Assembly: GCA_013239625.1 (NCBI GenBank)
Contig: MU053504.1
Location: 2,302,607 to 2,366,606 of the forward strand
Length of the DNA stretch: 64,000 bases
Source of the DNA: Lama guanicoe
Taxonomy: Eukaryota
Direction of reading: 5' to 3'
Numbering within the stretch: position 1 is the first letter of the stretch; each line of letters starts with the position of its first letter. Positions 51,278 to 61,222 of the stretch are shown here, piece after piece. The translations under genes and the position numbers were made by a program. The notes below the pieces were generated by a model. It was not told the origin of the DNA and did no database searches. It saw nothing but the letters and a program-made list of their open reading frames with translations.

Positions 51278-52122
51278 GTACAGAGATCTTTGTTCTCTGT
51301 TGTGCCAGAAATCTATCTTTATAGCCCCTGATCCCTAGAAACAGCCAAGTCAAGTGGTGAGTACCCAGGAACTTAGCCAGGGGCCACTCCCTTGTTCCTT
51401 GGAAGTGCACACTCTACCTCATTTTGAAGGAGAATTAATAAAATGGCCACACGCAGGCTAGCAGATTATTTATTCTTATGTTTGCTCTTAAACTGGCCAA
51501 CTAACCTGACTGATCTGTTGCTGTTCACAGCTCCAGGCCCATTGTTAAAATGAAGCTATCTTTATCCAGTCTCTGTTTTATTCCAGTAATCAAAAGCGGT
51601 AGTTATACTTGGTTTCTGAGTTGGTCTCCAGGGAGAAGGTCACGGGACTGTAACTTTACAAAATAGTCTGAATCACCAAGAAGACCACGCACTTAAAGAT
51701 AAAGAGACTGAAACAGTAACAACCACTAGCCTCTATAGAATTGGTCGCCTGGAGACATCATGATGCCACTCTAAGTCTTATGACAAGAAAATGGTTCTGT
51801 TGATTGTTATCGATGTTTTGTTGTTTGAGCTATGGCTAATCACCCTCCCCTATCCCTAAGGTGGGTTCACAGTTTTGAAGGCACTAGTCTGCTATGAGTC
51901 CCCTTTGCCCGGCAAAGCAATAAAGCCGTCTCTTTTCTTCGATGTTCTAAAACCTTGTCTCTGAGTTTCAGTTTGGCTCATCAGGGACGGGGGCCAATCT
52001 TACAGCAACAATGTTGCCCCAAACGTATCCACTTGACCTTCCATCCATAGCTGATTGGAAATCTATTCTAGGGATCTAGAAGTCCTGTCTTTTTCTTTTT
52101 CAGCTTCAGGGCCCGATGGAGT

Positions 52123-52658
52123 TGTTAGTGAGCAAAAGTTCATGTGCCCAATGCACAGTGAGGTCAAACAAACTGAAACGTTGGAGTATGGAGTGGGAAA
52201 GGTTTATTGCAGCGCCAAGCAAGAAGAATGGGTGGCTTGTGCTCAAAAAACCCAAAATTCTCAATGATTTTTTGGGAAAAGTTTTTATAGGGAAAATTTG
52301 GGATGAGGGCTCAGGGTGTGTGGCTTTCTTCTGATTGGCTAATGGTGAGATAACAGGGTTGTGATCCAGGCATCTTGTGCTCAGCCTGAACTGGGGTGGG
52401 GGCCTTAGTTCCTGCAGAAGAACTATTCCTATTGCACTATTGTTTCTTGACTATCCCTCCCTTGAGTCTGCATTCTTCCCCTTCACTGATTAGCTGATGT
52501 TTGTATCTGCCCTTTGGAACTCAGGGAAGGTCAAATAGGCTGAATGAAGCCTATTTCCTGCAAACAAGAAATGGGGGGCATGGTAAGGATTTCCATGTTT
52601 CAGAGGCAAGATGGTCCCCTCAACCAGAGCACCCCGCCCCCAGACAGGTCCCCTTCAA
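52123..52658 (-). mobile_element. ERV1-type solo LTR related to 50351-51277
   Basis: Reverse complement shares CTTGTTTG.AGGAAA...GACCTTCCCTGAGTTCCAA.GGG.AGAT.CAAACA; TG...CA ends; minus AATAAA at ~52203-52208. Confidence 0.7.
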
Positions 52659-52679
52659 TCAGGTAACCAGAGAAGCAGA

Positions 52680-53205
52680 GAGTTCTACTCTCTGTTTCTC
52701 TGAGTTTGGCTTTTTTTAAGGTTCCATATATAAGTGACATCATATAGTATTTGTCTTTCTCTGTCTGACTTATCTCACTTAGCATAATGCCCTCAAGTTT
52801 CATGTAAATTGCCGCAAATGGCAGGATTTCCTTCTTTCTCATGAGCTGAGCTGTGAGAGCAGATGGGCTTCCCTGGATAAAGTCAACCTCAACAGCCTGG
52901 CTGTTGTAATATTCTCATGGCTGAGTAATATTCCATCGTGTGTATGTGTGTGTGTGTGTATAGAAAACATTTTCTTTATCCATTCATCCATTGATAGGTA
53001 CTTGAGGCTGTTTCCATATCTTGCCTATTGTAAGTAATGCTGTAATGAATATGAGGGTGCAGACTCTCTTTGAGATCCTGTTTTCATTTCCTTTGGATAT
53101 ATAATTCAGAAGTGAGATTGCTGGATCCCATGGTAGTCCCATGTTTCATTTTTTTGAAAAACTTCCATACTGTTTTTCATAGTGGCTGCACCAGTTTACA
53201 CTCTA
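52680..53205 (-). mobile_element. Old L1 fragment containing a templated insertion
   Basis: Minus ORF 52600-52842 KKEILPFAAIYMKLEGIMLSEISQTEKDKYYMMSLI is the L1 ORF2p C-terminus. Confidence 0.9.
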
Positions 53206-53222
53206 AAGTGTGGAGGGGCAGT

Positions 53223-53943
53223 CTTTTTTTTGTATATATATTTGTTGGAGTATATTCTGTTTACAATGTTGTGTCAATTTCTGGTGTACACCATAATGCT
53301 TCAGTCATACATCAACATACATATGTTTGTTTTCATATTCTTTTTCACCATAGGTTACTATAAGATATTGAATATAGTTCCCTGTGCTATACAGTATTAA
53401 CTCGTTGTTTATCTGTTTCATATATATTAGTTAGTATCTGCAAATCTCAAACTCCCAATGTATCCCTTCCCACCTCCTTCCCCCCTGGTAACCATAAGTT
53501 TGTTGTCTATGTCTGTGAGTCTGTTTCTGTTTTGTAAATAAGTTCATTTGTCTTTTTTTTTAGATTCCACATGTAAGTGATATATGGTATTTTTCTTTCT
53601 CTTTCTGGCTTACTTCACTTAGAATGACAATCTCCAGGTCTATCCATGTTGCTGCAAATGGCATTATTTCATTATTTTTTATGGCTGAGTAGTATTCCAT
53701 TGTATAAATATACCACAACTTCTTTATCTAGTCATCTGTTGATGGACATTTAGGTTGCTTCCATGTCTTGTCCATTGTAAATAGTGTTGCTATGAAAATT
53801 GGGATGCATGTATCTTTTTGAACTAAGGTTCCCTTTGGATATACACCTAGGAGTGGAACTGCTGGATCATATGGTAAGTCTATTTTTAGTCTTCTGAGGA
53901 ATCTCCATCCTGTTTTCCATAACAGCTGCACCAAATGACATTC
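53223..53943 (-). mobile_element. Younger 5'-truncated L1
   Basis: ORF2p C-terminal peptide [24 protein letters not shown]; perfect TSD TGGAGGGGCAGT at 53211-53222 and 53944-53955. Confidence 0.92.
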
Positions 53944-54014
53944 TGGAGGGGCAGTTAACCTGTAGGGTCTGATACTATATCTAGTGTCAGAATTGAGTTA
54001 AATGATAGGACAAA

Positions 54015-54475
54015 TGTTGTGGGATACAATGGCGGCCAGTTGGTGGCATGGTGACGTGCGGGTGGGTGAAAGAATTTACCAGAGATAAAGTATGAGAATA
54101 GAAAGGAGCTTCTTAAGGTACACTGCCATAGACAGCAGCAGGCCACACAGATGAGAGGTGCCTGTGTGAGCCCCGAGGGCCGGTCATTGGGGTCTTTTAT
54201 AAAGTCGGGTCACAAGGTGACTGATGGGCTTGTAGGTGAGGTAAGTGGTTTAGGGTCGGTGAAGGGTGGCAGCATTTATGACTCTGATAAAGTGGGCTGA
54301 AATGGACCAGCCTGAGCCATTGTGAGATTAAGCATTACCTGGGGCTGTTAGTTTGTTCCGGCAAACACGCCTGGTAAAGAATGTACTTTATTTGTTGAGG
54401 GATCGCAGGCAGACATCTGAGTACCCAGAAATGGGGGTTGTTGGACTCTGAAGGACGTCATTTGGTCGCTCAACA
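54015..54475. mobile_element. Probable solo LTR inserted in a MER21-like LTR fragment (~53956-54555)
   Basis: TGTTG...CAACA inverted termini; both flanks align with the MER21-like copy at ~60610-60720. Confidence 0.6.
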
Positions 54476-56267
54476 ACCAGTCGGTGTCCACCAGAGAAAT
54501 GAATTGCATGGTGGTGGGAAAAACTCCACACAGCTGGTGCCTGAAGTGCTCTGTACGAGTGTGGAGAAAGGTTTCCCGAGTCCTGGGTGGGCTGTGAGCC
54601 ACTGCAGCCTTGCTCCACCGGCCTGCCGTTGAGGTGGGAGGGATCAGGACAAAACCACACACAGGAGAAGAGGCCTCCCCCGGCTTGTGGGAGTCACTTG
54701 GAGGCTTGGGCTCCAACCTGGGTCTGCTGTCAATGAGCTGGGTCGATGGACATGTCCCTTCTGCTCTCAGGGCCTCAGGCTCCTCACAGGTAGCCAAGGG
54801 GGGAGACCTATAGGCCCTGCTTCATCAGTGCGAGGGGCTGAGTGCATCCTGGGAGCGCTGGTAGGGTGTGCAGGCCAGGGATACCGCCGACTCCAACGTG
54901 GCTCTCTGAGTGTGAGGCCTTGTTCTCTCTGGGAGAGGAGCCAGGGCCCCCCGCCCCCATTCTTCATTCAGAAAGCTTGGGCTCCCAGCCAGGGAGAGAG
55001 CCTCCTGCTCCAGCAGCTCAGCCTTCTTCTCGGCTTCTGGCCTCTCCCTCCTCTGGGCTCTTCCTCCAACTCCTGCGCTGAATCAGGGCGCCCAGGGGAG
55101 CTAAGCGCAGGCTGTTGAGGTTGACTTTATCCAGGGAAGCCCATCTGCTCTCACAGCTCAGCTTTTAGTCATTGGAAATTGTCTGTTCCACATGTTAGAG
55201 CAGTGCTTCCCAAAGTTTGGACTCCACACCAGTAGCAAGAGCCACACCTGAGAACTTGTTAGGAATGCGAGTTCTCAGGTCTCATCCCAGACCTGCGGAA
55301 TCAGGTACTCCAGTGGGTGCAACCCGGCAGCAGGCGTTTGAAGGGGCCCTCCAGGGGATGCCCCATGTGAGAACCACTTGAATCTGTTCTAGAAATGGCT
55401 AGGAGCTGTTGCTCCTACAAAAGATGCAGGAGGGGCTGGTCTGGTGCTTATCTAGATCCCTTGTAGCTGCAGGTGCCCCATTCCGGGCTCCTGTGAATGA
55501 GGCTGGCTGCTAAGGCCTCCGGCCGGCCCTTCTCTTGAGCTCCGCTCTATGCTGAATCACTATGCTCAGAAATGCTTGAGAGATTATGTACTTACCACCA
55601 CCTCCCCCTCGCCGCCACCACCACCGTGGGCTGCGGCCAATGACTGATGGACGGGATATAACAGGCTGGCCCCTTGTCTCAAGGTGGGACATTCTGGTGT
55701 GAATTACTCTCTGGAGCCCCTCTGTGAATTAGGTCAAGGCTAGATTTTAATTGCTCCAAGTTGTTGCTTACCCCAAATGTCCAGAGCGGCTGTTGGTACA
55801 ACAGGTATGAATTACCGTACAAGACTCTGGTAAAAAAAGAAAATGTCACTTGGCTTGCTTTGGAAAAATAAAAATAAACCTGGCTGTGAAGCCCTGCCCG
55901 CCAAGACGGCGCTGCTCAGCACCCTCCTCTGTGGGCTGGCGTGCACTCAGCCAGGGGGCCTTTCGCAGTGGGGGAGGCTGGGGCCGTCCCTGGATCGGAG
56001 GCCCTGGTACCACTCTGCGATGGGCACATTTACCTCTTGGCCTTAAAGAATCAACTCATCTGTGCTTGGTCCAGAAGTCACAGGAACATGTTTCACAGGG
56101 AGCCCAGGAAATACAAAAAATTTGTCAATGATTCTCCCCCCAAACTGCCCTTTCTGAAAGGAGAGGCAAGATGTTTACTTTTTGTCCTCAATAGGAAAAA
56201 AAAAAAAAAGGCAAGACATGAATTAATTTCCCTAATTCGTTTCTGGAAGTTTCAGAGCAGAAGGTGT

Positions 56268-56270
<3 letters not shown>

Positions 56271-56298
<28 letters not shown>

Positions 56299-56326
56299 TA
56301 TGTGTGTGTGTGTGTGTGTGTGTGTA
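56271..56326. repeat. Compound (GA)n-(TG)n microsatellite
   Basis: Directly visible. Confidence 0.95.
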
Positions 56327-57399
56327 GGGGTATGTTTGCATATTGTATACGCAGAGGTGTGTTTGCACCCGTGAGACTGGGGCTTGGGTTCAATTACAGA
56401 GAGATGGTGACCGTGGCCAGAGGCCCTACGGCTCCCTGAGGTGTCTGTCTCTCCCCTAACCCCAGTTTTCTGCCTCAGGCCTCACAGCTGACATGGCTCC
56501 CATCTGCTGCCCTCTTGGAGCCCATTGGGAGCACAGAAGGGGGTGCTGGACAGGACAGTGGCGTGACCTGTCCAAGTTCCAGCCACCTCCCTGCTTTGGC
56601 TCTTCAGGGATCTGTGGTTCTCACTCCTGGTGTTGGCTGTTTTAGCTGTTTGGGAGCCCAAATGGCAAAACCTGGGTAATTACAGTAATATAATAAAACA
56701 TGTAAAGCATTTTTTCCCCCTTGCGAGCTGTGATTATGGGTGATTTCTACTTATGTCTTTGTGTTTATTTGCATTTTTAAAACTTTCTACAATCAACATG
56801 AATTATGTGTGCAATAATTTAAAATGACACCGTAAGAATAATCAGAAACACTCCCACATCTATTCCTTGAGTGGCAGCTTCTTACCCACATCATCAAAGG
56901 AAAGCTTTCATTTCCTCAAGTTTGTGTTATGAAAACTTCTTGGCATACAGAAAAAGATCAGAAATAAAATGGAAAGACCAGTATGACAAACACCTGTACA
57001 GTATACAATATACTTGACCATGTAAATTCATACTGGGACATTTTTTTCCTATTTTATTTATTTATTTATATTAAAACATACACTTTTCCCCTAAAACATT
57101 AAGAAAAATAATGAAAATATTCTAAAACAGTTTGTAAGTAAATTGCAGCTATCATGATATTTCACTTCTAAACACTTTGGACTACATCTCCTAAAAGTAA
57201 AGATTCCTGAGAATCCAGGTCAGTTCTTGTGAAATGTCCTACAATCTGGCCTAGTCACTGTCAGCCCTCTCTCCTTGGCCACTTCCCTCCACGGAATATT
57301 TCCCTGGATGGCTTCACCTGCCCAGAATGTCTGCAGATTTAGGGTGTATTGCAAACCCTACCTCCCCTATGAAGCCTTCTCTAATATTATCAAATAATA

Positions 57400-58560
57400 T
57401 CCTATTTTGTTATCTAACTATTCATTCATCATTTCTTGAGTAGAACAACTCAGACCAAGATTCAGTCTTGCTCCAGGGAGCTAGAAGTCCAGGTGTCTTG
57501 GGGCAGGAAACAAGTAATTATGTAGAGTGTGGTGGGTGCTGTGGGCAGCACCAGGACTTGGTGCTGGTGGAGTTGGAGCAATAGTGCCTCCCTGAGGCTA
57601 GCGGTGGTCAGAGAAGATATTTCAGAGGCAGATGATATCTGATCTGAGACCTGAAGGGCGTGGGAGGGGCAGATCAGGATCGGTGGAAGATGCCTTGGTT
57701 AAATTTTCATGTTAGGAAAATTTCTCTGCCCATGTACTCAAAAATAGTGTTTGAATGAATGAAATGCTGAGTGGAGAGTGCACTGGAGAAGAACAGAACT
57801 GGAGGCACAGGGACTATCGGGGAGCTACGGCAGTCACCCAGATGATTGGAGTGTAACTTGAGTAGATGGATTTTAGGGTTATTAAGGAGGTACATTCAGC
57901 AGGGTTTGGTTATTGAGTATATATGGGAGGATGAGCAGGGAGATAGGTCAAAACTAGATAAAGCATCCTAATTTCCATTTGAGCAACTGGACTGACACTG
58001 GTACCTTCCATGAATCAGGTAATTAAAACAAAAAAGAAGCAGGTTGTGGGGGAGGGAAATAGCTCGGTAGTAGAGTGTATGCTTAGCATGCACGATGTCC
58101 TGGGTTCAATCCCCAGTACCTCCATTAAATAAATAAAAATAAAAAAGAAATAGATTTTATAGATGGAGGGGTGGATGGGGGAAGTGAATTTCCTTTTTTA
58201 CATGTTTTATTTGAAGTGCCTGAGGCTCACCCAGGTGGAGACATCTGATAGCTGGGAGTTTAAATGAAAGGTCAGAGGACTCATCTAGATGGAGGATACA
58301 GGGTTGTGGGGTAAACGTATCTGTATGCTTGGCAAATGACGCCGCACCTCAGAAAGGAGAAGTGAGCTGAGCCCCAAGCCTGGAGGAACTGCCTGCTGCA
58401 TTTGAGAGTCAGGAGACTGAGAAGGTGTGGACAGAGAAGTGAGAGGAAAGCCAGGACCTGGTGCCAAAGAAACCAAGGGCATTACTAAGGAAGGAGTGAG
58501 TCAAATGATCCCAAGAGGGTAAGTCAGATGAGGACGTACGAAGGTCCATACTGGGCGGTA
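57400..58560 (-). mobile_element. Degenerate L2 (another segment at ~61890-62560)
   Basis: CATTCATCATTTCTTGAG start, purine-rich body, CATGTT..ATTTGA..TGC motif. Confidence 0.6.
58048..58150 (+). mobile_element. tRNA-Ala-derived SINE (short tail)
   Basis: GGGGAGGGAAATAGCTCGGTAGTAGAG...CTTAGCATGCAC...GGTTCAATCCCCAGTACCTCC. Confidence 0.9.
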
Positions 58561-59871
58561 TCATTGAAGGACAGTATCAATAGAGTGATAAGGGCAGAAG
58601 CAAGATTCCAGGGGCGTGGATGATAAGCAGAACCCACGGCAGGGAAATCCCATGAGGGTTTGTTCTGTGAGCAGTAGGAAGGAGTTGGGAATGGTGGATG
58701 GGTGGACGGAGGAAGGGGAAGCTCTTCGAAATGGGGCCTTCCTTTCTCCACTGTTTCACAGTGTCCAGCCAGTGAGCAGAAAACCTGTGATAGGACATAG
58801 GAATGGAGGAGGATGGTGGCAACTGCCAAATAAACACTCCATCCAGGGAAGCCAGCCAAGGCTGGGCTCAGAATATCTGGAACGGAACCTACCTTCCGTC
58901 TGCTGCAGGAAGTGGTATTGGGAGCTGAGCTGACTGTGGGATTTCCGAGCGGTGAGGATGTTCCTGGTGAATGCTTTTTATTTATTTATTTATTCATTCA
59001 TGAAAAAGAGTTGGAATTAAGGGACCCCCTCCCCTCCTCCAAACATTCCCTCCCACAGAGGAAGTGCTTAATTTAGCCTTATGTCCCAGTTGAAAAAATA
59101 TCCCTAAGGTTTGGAGGCTTCTGCTGGTTGTTTGTCACCCTTGACGATGGCAGGATGTTAATGCATACAACAAGATCGGACTCTTTGTGTCTTGATTTCA
59201 GCTGAGGTCCTAAGAGAATAGGTGGCACCATCCCAACCTCCGCACCAAGAGGAAGTCCTGTTAGACCATTTACGCAGGATGTGGAAAGAGGTGTCTCTAA
59301 AACCAGCTTTAGGTACCTTTGATGACCCTCCACCCTCTGCCCCATAAAAGAGGTTGATGAGACAGAGAGAGAGAGAGTTGAAATGAGTGCAAATGATGGA
59401 GTCTTCCATGGCATCACACAGAAAGCTTGTTATGTGCCCTTGGAGCATGCAGGACACAGAAGACTGGTATCTGACTTATCCAAGAAAGCTGACTTGTGAA
59501 AGACTATGCCTCAAACCGACTGAGATCTAAAATGCAAACATGACTGTGTTTGGGAAGTAACTGCAGCGCCCGAGGTGTTGAGTCAAAGGCACTAGTCTTT
59601 TTGTACCAGATGTGACCACAGAAAGAGGCAAAGAGGATTATTCAGATTCTTACCCAAAGGGCTATCTAGCATAAGGAGCCGGGAGGCAAACCCTCTCAGA
59701 TACCCGACTACCTGTAAGAGGCGGCTTTGAAGAGGTGGCTTTGCTTATCGCTAAGCAAGTAAAAAGACTGGAATCCCAAGGCTTTCTCAAGCGTTTGCAG
59801 GAAGAGTTCTTGGCTGTACAATGGGCATCTGCTCAGCAGCAAAGTCAGAATACAGCTGTTGCCTGCACATC

Positions 59872-60740
59872 TGTGATACTGTGATTTATCATAGGAGATA
59901 TACATCTGATCTTTGTTCCTGGTTTCTGGCATAAAGCTCCTAAAAGCCTTGGGATTTCTTAAGTAAGAGCAATAAAGGTGTCTTGATATTATAACAAACC
60001 CCTTTTGATCTCACCTGAGTTTAGGGAAGCCCTTAAGGATTGGGGAGCTGGTTGCCAGGGGACCAACTTTTAGTCCCATTCCCCCTGACCTCTAGAGAGT
60101 GGAGACTGAGTTCAATCATTAATGGCCAATGAGTTTTGGTTTTTTTTTTTAATGGTAGGGGGAGGTAATTAGATCAATTTATTTATTTTTAGAGGAGGTA
60201 CAGGGAACTGAACCTGGGACCCCTTACACGACCACTTGTGTGCTCTACCACTTGAGCTATACCTCCACCTTGGCCTATGATTTATTTAATCATGCCTATG
60301 GAGACGGGGAGAGTGGCGCGCCTGGAGAGGGGGTGGAAGCTCCTCACCCTTCCCCCATCCTTGCCTTATGCACCTCTTCCATCTGGCTGTTGTGGAGTTA
60401 TATCCTTTCATAATAAACCAGTAAATATAGTAAGTAAAATATAAAATATGCATTCTGTGAACCAGAACTTAATCAGATCCAAGGAGGGTTCACGGGGACC
60501 TCTGATTTATAGCCAGCCAGTTGGAAGCACAGATGACAAACGAGACTTGTAGCAACTGATGTCTGAAGTGGGGCAGAGGGGTGAGGGCAGTCCTGTGGGA
60601 CTGAGCCCTTAACTTGTGGGATCTGACACTGTCTCCAGGTAGATAGAGTCAGAACTGAGTTGAATTGTGGGACACTTAGTGAGTGTCCACTGAGAATTGA
60701 AGAATTGCTTGGTGGTGTTAGAACAAACATACCCACTGAA
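59872..60740. mobile_element. MER21-like LTR split by a SINE
   Basis: TGTGATACTGTGATTTAT...AGCTCCTAAAA.CCTTGG...GGGCAGTCCTGTGGGACTGAGCCCTTAAC.TGTGGGATCTGAC...CTCCAGGTAGATAG. Confidence 0.75.
60133..60270 (-). mobile_element. tRNA-Ala-derived SINE with altered central arm
   Basis: Family head and tail motifs; TSD TGGCC(A/T)ATGA. Confidence 0.85.
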
Positions 60741-61101
60741 ACATCCAAGTCTATTATTTTGTATGTCTTTAGGGAGCTGTCATTAAGTTGAATTGTGGAG
60801 GATGTCATAATATAGAGGCCAATGAATAAAAGTCAAGAGATTCCAAATGTAAAAAGAAAAACAAAAAGAAAAAAGATGTTCTTCAGGTAAGTTTACTTAA
60901 ACATCAAATTGACTGTGGATAAACACATCTGAAGCCTTCTAAAGGTTTGATGGGGCTGGAATAAGAAATCTCCAAGCCTGCTCTGCAACCCTTAAAGCAA
61001 CCCCAGACCTGCTGCACCAGTCAGAAGCCAATTGTGAAACGTATGCAGAACCCAGGGAGGACACATGCTTCAAAGTCCATTTTAAATTGGGAAGAACTGG
61101 C

Positions 61102-61222
61102 GGGGAGGGTATAGCTCAGTGTAGAGCACATGCTTAGCGTGCGTGAGGTCCTGGCTTTAATCCCCAGTACCTCCACTGAAAAAATAAATATCTAAATCTA
61201 ATTACTCACTCCTGCCCCCCAA
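61102..61222 (+). mobile_element. tRNA-Ala-derived SINE (Vic-1-like)
   Basis: GGGGAGGGTATAGCTCAGTGTAGAGC...AATCCCCAGTACCTCC; TSD GGAAGAACT. Confidence 0.9.

Larger units (their letters stand above)
50234..52010 (+). mobile_element. ERV1-type solo LTR (outer), split by a second LTR
   Basis: Starts TGAAACCG, resumes ~51278, has AATAAA (~51919) and ends ...CAGCAACA. Confidence 0.55.

Noticed and set aside
59180..59320. Possible plus-strand exon (pyrimidine tract-CAG at ~59200, GT donors downstream)
   Set aside because: Splice-like motifs occur often by chance; no coherent exon chain or recognisable product.
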